From: Meyerozyma guilliermondii
Taxonomy: Eukaryota
Direction: 5' to 3'
DNA: 64,000 bases
Assembly: GCA_051546255.1 (NCBI GenBank)
Contig: CP128822.1
Location: forward strand, 1-64,000
Below are positions 1-9,552 of this stretch, one piece after another; within the stretch, counting starts at the first letter, position 1, and the number at the start of each line of letters is the position of its first letter. The notes beneath the pieces are model-generated. The model saw nothing but the letters and a program-made list of their open reading frames with translations, ran no database searches and was not told the DNA's origin. The position numbers and the translations under genes were made by a program.

Positions 1-329
1 CAGTACACCAGTACACCAGTACACCAGTACACCAGTACACCAGTACACCAGTACACCAGTACACCAGTACACCAGTACACCAGTACACCAGTACACCAGT
101 ACACCAGTACACCAGTACACCAGTACACCAGTACACCAGTACACCAGTACACCAGTACACCAGTACACCAGTACACCAGTACACCAGTACACCAGTACAC
201 CAGTACACCAGTACACCAGTACACCAGTACACCAGTACACCAGTACACCAGTACACCAGTACACCAGTACACCAGTACACCAGTACACCAGTACACCAGT
301 ACACCAGTACACCAGTACACCAGTACACC
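1..329. repeat. Telomeric repeat tract (CAGTACAC)n, 41 perfect 8-bp units; G-strand ACTGGTGT
   Basis: Uninterrupted 8-bp repeat from base 1, with the C-rich strand on + as expected at a left end. ACTGGTGT is the telomere unit I recall for Candida/Meyerozyma guilliermondii. Confidence 0.97.
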
Positions 330-1016
330 GGCATTACGCTTCTGCATCGGATATAACGTACGTCTTCTGATTTCCGGTCCGTCCATGCATTGCCTCACTT
401 TCGCAGCTACGCGCCACGCACGAAACATACGCCAATTGCGTTCAAGAAGCATAAATTTGGACAGACTTTTTTGGGGGCGATGTTGCACGTGCGGATAGCG
501 ACAACTTAAAGGGTGGGAAAAGACGATTATTTGTGTTCTTTTTGTGGTTCCGTAGTGTTTTTGGTTGTGGAGTTCTCGTCAAAAAACGAATTACTTTAAG
601 GGATTCCTGCAGGTAACCGTGCATTTTTTCGAGGGCGAGGTGCATACACCAAACCGAGGGCGTGTTTGTTGGGATAGTATGCAGGCTTGAATGTGAGCCG
701 ATGTTATATGCCGTACGGATGTCCGATAGTATATCATCACGACATTTTATGACAACTCGAGCGCAGGTCCCCACATCGTTAACGTTACGACAGATTACAT
801 TTACCGTGTATCACCCAATTGAGAGCGTCCTCATGCTAGTTACGGCGATTACCAATGTATGTCGTATCAGTTATTTGTCAATTTAAAGATTCCTTTATTT
901 ATAGAGACCGTTAACTATTAATGAGTTGTAGATTTTTAGTACGACCATGGCCAATTCTTTGGATAAGCGCCAAAAACTTGAGGATGATATCCTGCTTGCC
1001 AAGTTTCTCCACCGCT

Positions 1017-1033
1017 AGTACACCAGTACACCA
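1017..1033. repeat. Interstitial telomere-like sequence, about 2 units
   Basis: AGTACACCAGTACACCA is a 17/17 match to the terminal tract, in the same orientation. Confidence 0.8.
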
Positions 1034-1150
1034 TGACACTGAGCCCGCTGCTTGCATATGTCAGGTGTAAGTTTCGGAATTAATGCATGCACACCTAATG
1101 AATCTGACGAAATTTTAATTTAATACCATTTAACTTTGAATGCAATCTGT

Positions 1151-1199
1151 ATTACTCACTACACCATGACTCAGCACATGAAAGTCTACTTATTACTAA
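1151..1199. promoter_or_regulatory. AP-1/Yap1(Cap1)-type sites upstream of the GRE2-like gene
   Basis: TTACTCA (~1152), TGACTCA (1167-1173) and TTACTAA (1193-1199) lie within 280 bp of the ATG. Confidence 0.5.
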
Positions 1200-1425
1200 C
1201 GTAAAGCTATCGGCCGTAGCGGTCATACCGGTGAGCAAATTTGTCTGTACTTCGGACATATCGCTCTGCTGACATTTAAAGCCATTTTGGATATGAAGTT
1301 GCAATTTATATTCGTAATGAGCACTTTATACGACTAGTTGAGCATTTTATGATTAATATGGCAAATATGCATATATAAACGGATTGACTAAATTCTACCA
1401 TCAAATTTGTTCAGTTTACAGTATC

Positions 1426-2421
1426 ATGACTTCAGTATATGTTTCGGGCGCTAGTGGCTTTATTGCCCAACACATTGTCAAGCAATTGATTGAGAAGAAT
1501 TACAAGGTAGTTGGTTCGGTTAGAAGTACCGAAAAAGGAGACAGTTTGGTGAAACATTTTGGACCTGATTTCAAGTATGAGATTGTTCGTGATATTGCTG
1601 CTGAAGATGCTTTTGCTGAAAGTTTAAAAAATCATCCCGAGGTGACAATTTTCATTCATACTGCTTCCCCCGTCACCTTTACATCTGACGATGTGGAAAA
1701 TGATATTTTGAACCCTGCTCAAAGAGGTACTGTAAATGCTTTGCAAGGAATTGCAAAATATGCTCCCCAGATCAAAAAAGTGGTAATTACGTCGTCTTAT
1801 GCTGCTATTTGGGATCTTTCCAAGGACTTGTCTGATCCAGATCGCTTGGTCACTGAAGAAAATTGGAATCCTGTGACTCCAACTGAAGCCAAGCTGAGTG
1901 CTTTAATGGCATACTGTGCCTCCAAAACTTTTGCAGAAAGAGCAGCATGGAATTTTGTTAGAAGAACTAAGCCAAACTTTACTTTGTCTACTGTCCTTCC
2001 TTCGTATGTTTTCGGACCCCAAGCTTTTGAAGTGAAGGATACTCTCAATTTGTCATCGGAGTTGGTTCAAAACTTTTTGAAGCTCAAGCCCACCGATTCT
2101 TTACCTGATCTCAATGGTAGTTTTGTTGATGTTAGAGACACTGCTGCTGCCCATTTGGTTGCTTTTGAGAACGATGAGGCTGCTAATCAAAGATTGGTGC
2201 TTGCTGCTCATCAATTCATCGCTCAAGAAATTGCTGATATTATCCACAAGAGGTTCCCTGATAAGTCTAGGAATGTTCCAATTGGTACTCCAGGACAAAA
2301 GGCCCCTGTCGAATTGTGGTCTAAGAAGAACTTTTCTAAGACTGAAAAGTTGCTTGGCTTCAAGTATATCAGTATGGAACAGTCTGTGGTTGATGCGATT
2401 GACCAAATACTCAACAAATAG
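1426..2421 (+). CDS. GRE2: NADPH-dependent methylglyoxal/aldehyde reductase, GRE2/GRP2 family (extended SDR)
   Basis: VYVSGASGFIAQH Rossmann motif, HTASP, TSSYAA, catalytic YCASK, VDVRD. First ATG is at 1426; the ORF track starts at an upstream TTG. Paralog family, so orthology is uncertain. Confidence 0.9.
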   Translation: MTSVYVSGASGFIAQHIVKQLIEKNYKVVGSVRSTEKGDSLVKHFGPDFKYEIVRDIAAEDAFAESLKNHPEVTIFIHTASPVTFTSDDVENDILNPAQRGTVNALQGIAKYAPQIKKVVITSSYAAIWDLSKDLSDPDRLVTEENWNPVTPTEAKLSALMAYCASKTFAERAAWNFVRRTKPNFTLSTVLPSYVFGPQAFEVKDTLNLSSELVQNFLKLKPTDSLPDLNGSFVDVRDTAAAHLVAFENDEAANQRLVLAAHQFIAQEIADIIHKRFPDKSRNVPIGTPGQKAPVELWSKKNFSKTEKLLGFKYISMEQSVVDAIDQILNK

Positions 2422-3185
2422 ATTAAGATAGACATATGAGTTAAGAATTTTTGAGTCTTGTAGACCAGATATGTTTTGTTTCTGCCTGAAGTACTTGGAG
2501 TGTATGTTGGTTTCCGTAGCAATCAATGTTCAAAGAGATGATAGCTTCAATTGATTAAGGGTGTCGCTCTAAACAAACTTCAATTATTTTCTATTTTGCA
2601 CTAGATTTCAATATTTGTGAATTTTGCAAAATTCACTTTTTTCATTAAACAGTCTAAACTTTTTCATTTATGCCTTCGAACTGTGCCCCAACTAATATAC
2701 TCCCTGCGTTTTGCATGACACCCTTAAATAGATCTGTACTATAAGTTTAATTGCCTTATTTAGGCGTGCGACATTTTGCAACCGTTAATGCGACCTGCAG
2801 TATGTGCGGCGCGGCTGCAAACGAACATACTTGATGCACTTCCAAGTGCATTGACACTTGACGAGTATTACTCAAGTCACGAAACACTTTAATAGGCTAA
2901 ATGCTTTTCAAAAATGATTCTCATGGCCTATGGCGCTTTTGGTTATATACCTTCATGCTTGAGGCGAGATATTCATGTTTAAAACTAAAACAATCCACAA
3001 CTATCCAATTTAATTCATCAATTACGAGCTATCGAAGCCTTTTTAACCTTTACAGATAAAATGGCTTCGGATCGATCTTCGCTTCGGATCTTAATTATTT
3101 CCGAAACGTAGTCCGAGATCGGACATCCACGCGCCTTCAGTTAAAGGCTGCAAATATAAAATAGATCAGCTATGTTCTAAATATT

Positions 3186-4289
3186 ATGGAGGCTAAGAAA
3201 AAACATATTGTGATAATTGGTGGCTCGTATGCTGGTGTATGGGGTGCCAAGACAATCTGTACAAAGTTAAAGGATGATGTTCGTGTCACTTTAATTTCTC
3301 CAAACACTTATGCTTACTTTAACATTGCAGCACCTAGGATTCTTGTTGAGCCTGAAAAAGTTGAAAAAGCCTTATTCTCGTTATCGGATCTTTTAAATAG
3401 GTTCTCCTCAAAAATTGAATTGCTTGAAGGAAGAGTTGTTAAGGCTGACTTGGAAGAAAAGACAGTACATTATACCACCCAGAATGAAACCAGAACAGTC
3501 AACTACGATTATTTGGTCATAGCGAGCGGTGTCAGTATGGAAACCAATTGTCTTCAAAATGAACTCGAAGGTAAACGAGTGGTTGAAGAAATCAAGAAGA
3601 TGAACCAAGAAATACAGCAGGCTAAATCAATAGTTATTCTTGGAGGTGGACCTACCGGTGCAGAGGTTGCAGGAGAATTGGGATACTACTATGGGCAAAC
3701 AAAAGACATTACTGTTATAACTGGAAAAACTGGACCATTAACTTTAATGGGAGAAAACGCTTCAAAGAAAGCAGAAGTTTTGATGAGAGAACTAAACATA
3801 AGTGTGATTAATGATGTCAAGTATACCTGGTGTGAGACTTTGTCTAGCAGAACAAGAGTCCATCTTGAGAACGGTACTTCTATGGAGGTAGATCTTGTTA
3901 TCAACACCGCCATTTGTAAACCAAATACCGACTTTTTGGAACAAAAATATGTTGACGAGAAGGAATATTTAAAGACAGATCAGTATTTTCGTCTCAAAGA
4001 CCACAACGAAGTTATTGGTTTGGGAGATGTTTTGGCTATTGGAGCAAGAAGCTTGTTCGATTTGTTGCACTATCAGATTCCAACTTTTGCAACTTTTGTC
4101 AATACGCTCTCAGACAAAAACAAAAACCAATTAAAACCATATCAAAAGCCCAAGCAAACCACCGTAATACCCATCTCAGAAAAAGGCGGAGTTGGACTTT
4201 TTTATGGATGGCAAGTTCCTAGCTTTTTGGTGAGGTTGCTGAAGGGCCGAGATTATATGTTGGGGCGTGCTGAAAATTACTACAAGTAA
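3186..4289 (+). CDS. AIF1: AIF1/AMID(FSP1)-like FAD/NAD(P)H oxidoreductase
   Basis: IVIIGGSYAG FAD motif, YDYLVIASG, ILGGGPTGAEVAGEL NAD motif, LGD, C-terminal KGRDY; 367 aa. Confidence 0.8.
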   Translation: MEAKKKHIVIIGGSYAGVWGAKTICTKLKDDVRVTLISPNTYAYFNIAAPRILVEPEKVEKALFSLSDLLNRFSSKIELLEGRVVKADLEEKTVHYTTQNETRTVNYDYLVIASGVSMETNCLQNELEGKRVVEEIKKMNQEIQQAKSIVILGGGPTGAEVAGELGYYYGQTKDITVITGKTGPLTLMGENASKKAEVLMRELNISVINDVKYTWCETLSSRTRVHLENGTSMEVDLVINTAICKPNTDFLEQKYVDEKEYLKTDQYFRLKDHNEVIGLGDVLAIGARSLFDLLHYQIPTFATFVNTLSDKNKNQLKPYQKPKQTTVIPISEKGGVGLFYGWQVPSFLVRLLKGRDYMLGRAENYYK

Positions 4290-4346
4290 CGCTAGAGTCG
4301 TCTATTACTGATGTATACTCACCGATTATTGCCGACGCACCCCGCG

Positions 4347-5138
4347 TGGATTTACGCTACCCAATTGATGCAACTGGAGTGTCTTGGGTATGCCTACAGA
4401 TGCTGGAGAAGACAATGGAAAGGCGAGGGTCAGAGATACTCGGGAGGTGCCATAGTCTGGCAAATCAACGACTGCTGGCCGGTAGCTTCGTGGGCTCTCG
4501 TTGATTATTACCGTCGTCCCAAACTAGCTTTTTACTCGGTCAAGAGAGAAAGTCGGACCGTGGGAGTTGGAATGTACAGAACTGAAGAGAAACATACTCC
4601 AGAACAAGCCAAAGCTGTATCCGAAGCTGGACCACCACATGACTACAGCAAAGCTGATCTTTACGTTGATATTTGGGGAGTCAATTCCAGTGTCGTTGAT
4701 ATCCCAGCAATATTGAAGGTTGATATCTATAACGTTACATCCGGCGAAAAGGTGGATTCGTTGGACGATAGGGCAATTGTGTTGAAACAGAACCAGACAA
4801 CGGAGCTTGTTTCTCGTCACTTTCTCAAATACGATTTTCCAGTTGTGGTCTACAGCAGATTTGTATCTGAAGACGGCTCTGTTATTGGAAGCGCTGCCGA
4901 CTGGCCACAGCCACTCAAGTATCTCAAGTTTAATGACAGAGAGATTTCATTCAGAGTTGAGGAAAACAAAATTGTTCTCTCTGCTAATAAGCCTGTCAAG
5001 GGAGTCGAGGTGGTTCTCAAGAACGACTTGTTCTTGGAGGATAACGGATTTGACATTTTTCCTGGAGATGAAAAGGTTGTTGGTGTCCAGGGTATTAGAG
5101 AGGAAGATGTGGAGTCTGTCAGGTACTACGGAAATTAG
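4347..5138 (+). pseudogene. C-terminal fragment of a GH2 beta-mannosidase, 5' two-thirds missing
   Basis: WIYATQLMQ.ECLGYAYRCWRRQW..GGAIVWQINDCWPVASWALVDYYRRPK and DNGFDIFPG are typical of fungal beta-mannosidase C-termini. Catalytic GNNE and SEFG segments are absent. The fragment starts 57 bp after the AIF1-like stop. Confidence 0.8.
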
Positions 5139-5181
5139 GAACAAAATAGAATTGAATTCAATACCACATCATCCTTCTTTT

Positions 5182-6615
5182 TCAAACCTTTTTTTGATAC
5201 TCTACTCGCTGAGACTCAATTGAGCTTGTACGGTCTGCGTCAATTACCTCGATCATCCCAGCGTCTATTTGGTTGGCAATTTCTCTCAACCTACTAGCGT
5301 AGGTGGTAAAAAGCTCATTGTAGTTGTTTCCAAACTCATCAACGGTTTCTGCCATTTCATAAAGATCCATGCCCATTTCCTCAGCTTCAGCAGATGCCCG
5401 CAACTGCAAGCCGGGAATTTTGTCAACGATAAAAAAGATTATCAAACTGAACACAGCCGTCCACAACACAATGCTAACCCACGAAGCAATCTGGTAGCCC
5501 AATTGGACAAAATTTCCATTTATCCATCCTCCATCAATTTCGGTAACTCCATCGTAGCTAGCGACAGTTTTCGATGCAAAGATTCCAGTCAAAGTTGCTC
5601 CAATAATTCCTCCCACGCCATGAATAATGCCTGATTTGCTATAATCGTCAACTCCTGTGATGTTGTTGACTGGAACTAACAATCTACAAATCACAGCATT
5701 GATAATTGAAGTAACCGCTGCTGCCCATGGCCAGTAGAAACCACATGAAGGAGTAATATTAACAAGACCCACGATAACTCCTTCACAAGCAGCCTCCATC
5801 GAGTACTTTCCAGTGAGTACCTTGTCTGTAGCCACATAAGCTACCGAGGCAAAACTCGAAGCAAGAATGGTGTTGAGGAAAATATAGCCGGTTCTGGCAT
5901 TCACCGACAAAAGTGTACCGGAATTGAAACAGAACCAAGCTGCCCAAATCAAAGTAACTCCAATGAAAGTGGTGGTAGAAGAATGTCCTCTATAAGGTGT
6001 TACAGTGCCTGTCCGTTTACCTGGTTTTCCGCGAGGACCAATGAACCAAGAATAGCAAAAAGAAGCGACTCCAGATGCAATATGAACAGGACCTCCACCA
6101 GCAAAATCCAACGCTCCTAAATTCAAAAGCCATCCGTTTGCTCCCCATACCCAGAACGCCAAGGGACAATATACGACAATTGTCCAGATCGACGCTACAA
6201 CTTGGGATGGTAAAAACCGGCCTCTTTCACCAATTGCTCCAACGAAAATCTGTACGGTTGCAACAGGGAAAAACACATTAAAACAAAAATTGATGGTCGA
6301 AGGAAGGTTCCCGCCTTCCAATAATGGTTTGGCTTGCTCGTCATGAAGAGCAGCATTATCCAAATTTCCAATAAGTTTAGAGGTGGAAGTTGGAGAATTT
6401 CCAAGAGAGTAGCCGATAAGATACCACATAATTACCACATTACTTGTAGTCATATATGTTTGAAACAACACCTGGACCACATTCTTTCTCTTGAGAACTC
6501 CACTGTAAAATAGACCAATTGCTGGAGTGATAAGAAATACTCCAAATGAACAGAATAAGATGTAGACCATGTCGGCCGCAACAAACGTGGAAGTTTGTTC
6601 TTCCAAAGAAGACAT
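5182..6615 (-). CDS. Ammonium permease, Amt/Mep family
   Basis: GLFYSG, GAIGERGR, VYCPLAFWVW, LDFAGGGPVH, WFCFNSG, ITPSCG and IIHGVGG; both pore His residues present; 477 aa, multi-pass. Confidence 0.93.
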   Translation of the reverse strand: MSSLEEQTSTFVAADMVYILFCSFGVFLITPAIGLFYSGVLKRKNVVQVLFQTYMTTSNVVIMWYLIGYSLGNSPTSTSKLIGNLDNAALHDEQAKPLLEGGNLPSTINFCFNVFFPVATVQIFVGAIGERGRFLPSQVVASIWTIVVYCPLAFWVWGANGWLLNLGALDFAGGGPVHIASGVASFCYSWFIGPRGKPGKRTGTVTPYRGHSSTTTFIGVTLIWAAWFCFNSGTLLSVNARTGYIFLNTILASSFASVAYVATDKVLTGKYSMEAACEGVIVGLVNITPSCGFYWPWAAAVTSIINAVICRLLVPVNNITGVDDYSKSGIIHGVGGIIGATLTGIFASKTVASYDGVTEIDGGWINGNFVQLGYQIASWVSIVLWTAVFSLIIFFIVDKIPGLQLRASAEAEEMGMDLYEMAETVDEFGNNYNELFTTYASRLREIANQIDAGMIEVIDADRTSSIESQRVEYQKKV

Positions 6616-6674
6616 TTTCGACTCAATTGCACTGTAGCATTGTCAGCGTTGATATATTTGCACGAAAGAACTGT

Positions 6675-6715
6675 TTATCAGTACCTTTTTCTTGGCATCG
6701 CTTATCAGTATTATC
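6675..6715 (-). promoter_or_regulatory. GATAA cluster (nitrogen catabolite repression type) upstream of the ammonium permease
   Basis: TTATC on + at 6675, 6702 and 6711, 60-100 bp upstream of the ATG. Confidence 0.55.
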
Positions 6716-6985
6716 AACGGGTCCCATTTCCGCATTGGGAAAATGTTAGCAGCCGATCAACCGACTAAGTCTTTCAACTTGCTGCTGCAAAATCACTAGC
6801 ACAGACCAAACTAGCAGAGAACTAGAACGATCAGGATAACCATGAACCTTGTAGTACGCCGTGACTTTATCAATTGACTTTCTCAACTTGACTCTCAATT
6901 AACTTTCTCAATTGACGCTCAATTTTTCAAGTCCAAATCCAACAGAACTTTCGCCGAATTAGGTTGCAGATCGACCGTGCATGAT

Positions 6986-7501
6986 TCAATTACTCCTCGT
7001 TTGCCGATCTAATATAAAGCCGGGATCTCGTAAATTTTGCAACCTTGCAGCTTCGGCGATTTCCGCTCTTTCTTCTTCCAATGAAATTTCCCGTTGTTGT
7101 GTCCGTCTAGGTCCCGGTACTTGCATTTGTGCCTGAGACAAACCAAAGTAATCAAACTCTTGTTGTGTCAAGTTTGCAATTTTGTCACAAGTGGTTATTA
7201 TCGTCATTTCCAAATTAGCAACATTTTCAGTTTCCTCACAAAATTGATATCCGGCAAATACTGGTACACCACCATTGTTCATGCCTCTATATTCGGATGA
7301 AGACTTGTTTCCTGAAGCTGAAACCACAAGTTCATTTTCCAAAATGCCGATAATAACTTGGTTCCAAAACGGTGACATCGAAGTACATACACTATTCGCC
7401 CAGGTATTGAACATATCAAGATCTAGAACATAGCAGAGACAACATCTTACAAAGAAAATGCTATATATAAAAGGCACTCCAGAATTCATCGTAAGGAGCA
7501 T
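6986..7501 (-). CDS. Hypothetical 171-aa protein with a hydrophobic N-terminus
   Basis: ATG-initiated ORF filling the gap between the permease and the regulator; no recognisable domain; TGAGTCA at 7547-7553 upstream. Confidence 0.45.
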   Translation of the reverse strand: MLLTMNSGVPFIYSIFFVRCCLCYVLDLDMFNTWANSVCTSMSPFWNQVIIGILENELVVSASGNKSSSEYRGMNNGGVPVFAGYQFCEETENVANLEMTIITTCDKIANLTQQEFDYFGLSQAQMQVPGPRRTQQREISLEEERAEIAEAARLQNLRDPGFILDRQTRSN

Positions 7502-7747
7502 TTTAGTATGTAAAGAGCATTTGATTTTAGAAACTTAAATTCGCATTGAGTCATATCAATTATGCAATACTAACGATTGCAATATTACGTTAAGCTATAT
7601 TAGGTTATGTACAAGCCAGCAGTACACAGGTATAACAGGAGCTGATGTCCTTTGGTGTCTTTGCGGGGTTGTGTCTTCATTAGTGTTTGGTAGTCTCCTT
7701 CAGCTTCTTTGCTAGTTCTTGCCCTTTGATTTTGGTCTTTAGCTCTT

Positions 7748-9334
7748 CTATGTCAACGCAAGCATGTAGTTGCACACGCTTAGTATCTCCGTCCAGTCGT
7801 TTTTCACCTGGCTCAAATCGTTCATTTTCCATATGAGTTCTATGGCAGTTTTAATGGTGGTAGGTGAACCCAACGGCCAGCGTATTTCCAAATCCTTAAA
7901 TATATTGAGAATCAGAAGCCTGTGTTTTTCTTGAGGTAGAAACATGGCCGAGATGAACAAGCACCATGTTGGAAATAAAGTGAGTGTATGGGCTCTTGCG
8001 GTCAAATTTTCCAAAATTGCCAAAAGTTCGAGTTGAAGATTATGTGTTTCAGGAATCGTAGGGAGTTTGAACATGGGATAGTAGGTCGATACTATACGGT
8101 CAAAGCTCTCGCTGAAAAATAGTTTTGTAGCTGTGAAATATGCTTGGGAGCAGAGATATAATTGTTCGAAATCCTTGTCGTCTGTATCGAGGGTTTGTTT
8201 GAGTGTCGTTAATTTCGTCAAAAGATTGCTGTATCTTGTCGCTACTTCACTCTTCAGACTCGAGGGTAAATCGTGACGGAGAAGAATTGTTTCGTAGACA
8301 AGGAAAAGCAACTTTGGTGAGCAACCAAGAATGTAGTCGACAGAGTCACTTTGGTAATACAGCTCGTATAACGGCCAGGGAGAGCTTTCCATAAAGAGGT
8401 CCAATTCCCTTCTGTTGAGAGTGGTTAATAGAAGAATGTACCGCAAACTAAAGTAACGGTATGCAAATAATAAAAGTTCGGACAGCATGACTTTTTCACT
8501 CAGTAGCGATCCAAAAATGAGTCCACCTTCTCGGAGATGGCTGATCCAATTTTTGTTTCCCTGGTCGCTGATTTCCAAGGAGCAAAGCATAAGAATGGTG
8601 ATCACCACCTCGTCGAGTCCACTGGACGATTGGCTCGATATGAAATCAGGTTCGTCGTCCAAAATTTTGTATAACAAATTGATTGCTTCGTGCTTATATT
8701 TTCCACGAAGTCGCAAGTAATACGCAGCTTTATCGGGTTTTCTTGACTTCATATCATGGGCAGCTAGTGCTATGACAGACTGGTATAGCGCAGGAGACAC
8801 TATACTATTAGGAACCACCAAAAATTTGAACTCGTTAAAATGGGAATCTCCAAATGCTTTCCGTCGAGAAACAACACCTACGTAGTATGTGAACAATTCA
8901 CTTTCAACTCCATCGTCTTCCTGATCCTCTGGAATAGGTGAAGGAGCATCCAAAACAGACTCAATTTGCCTTATACCCTTTAGTCGGGCTACTCTTTCTT
9001 CATCACTCACCATTTCACGATTGGTCAAAACATGGTATAAATTCATGTCATCATAATTGCAATTTAAAAGGTAGCCCGGGGCACCAGGAACACTCAACTT
9101 TACTGGAACAGGTTGGCATTGTTGATTAGAAGGGTGCCAATGTAACATAATGTCAAAGCTGCATGGAAGCTTCAACTTGATGCAAGCGCCGCAAATTGGT
9201 TTTTGTTCATCGCATTTTTTACGTCTTCTCTTGCATGCCAGACACCCAGTTCTATTACGGACAATGACCCGGGTTTTACGGTTGTCTCTGGGTTTTTGCC
9301 TCGGTTTGGTTGCACCTGTTTTTGGTACTGGCAT
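7748..9334 (-). CDS. Zn(II)2Cys6 transcription factor with a fungal-specific TF domain
   Basis: RNRTGCLACKRRRKKCDEQKPICGACIKLKLPC zinc cluster; ILMLCSLEI..W..HL middle region. Confidence 0.93.
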   Translation of the reverse strand: MPVPKTGATKPRQKPRDNRKTRVIVRNRTGCLACKRRRKKCDEQKPICGACIKLKLPCSFDIMLHWHPSNQQCQPVPVKLSVPGAPGYLLNCNYDDMNLYHVLTNREMVSDEERVARLKGIRQIESVLDAPSPIPEDQEDDGVESELFTYYVGVVSRRKAFGDSHFNEFKFLVVPNSIVSPALYQSVIALAAHDMKSRKPDKAAYYLRLRGKYKHEAINLLYKILDDEPDFISSQSSSGLDEVVITILMLCSLEISDQGNKNWISHLREGGLIFGSLLSEKVMLSELLLFAYRYFSLRYILLLTTLNRRELDLFMESSPWPLYELYYQSDSVDYILGCSPKLLFLVYETILLRHDLPSSLKSEVATRYSNLLTKLTTLKQTLDTDDKDFEQLYLCSQAYFTATKLFFSESFDRIVSTYYPMFKLPTIPETHNLQLELLAILENLTARAHTLTLFPTWCLFISAMFLPQEKHRLLILNIFKDLEIRWPLGSPTTIKTAIELIWKMNDLSQVKNDWTEILSVCNYMLALT

Positions 9335-9552
9335 TTGGTTGTTTCAGCCGTGAGCTTCAGTTCTTATCGTCCGATTCGCGCACACTTTAATGCTTGATCG
9401 AGAAGTTGCGAATTGCGGCGTTGCTGCGAAAGCACAGGAAGAAAGTTAATTGAGGCAGACACAAAAGGTTAAATTGGTTGCTTTAATTTCATGCTAATTT
9501 AGGTTCAACTCCTACTGTGGTTTCCAAATCTCTAGTACATTCCTATTTTATT

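Noticed and set aside
442..886. Short subtelomeric ORFs
   Set aside because: Non-ATG starts and no recognisable similarity to helicases or retroelements.
1017..1033. Telomerase RNA template
   Set aside because: The length would fit, but I see no other telomerase RNA elements. The position next to the telomere is more simply explained as an interstitial repeat.
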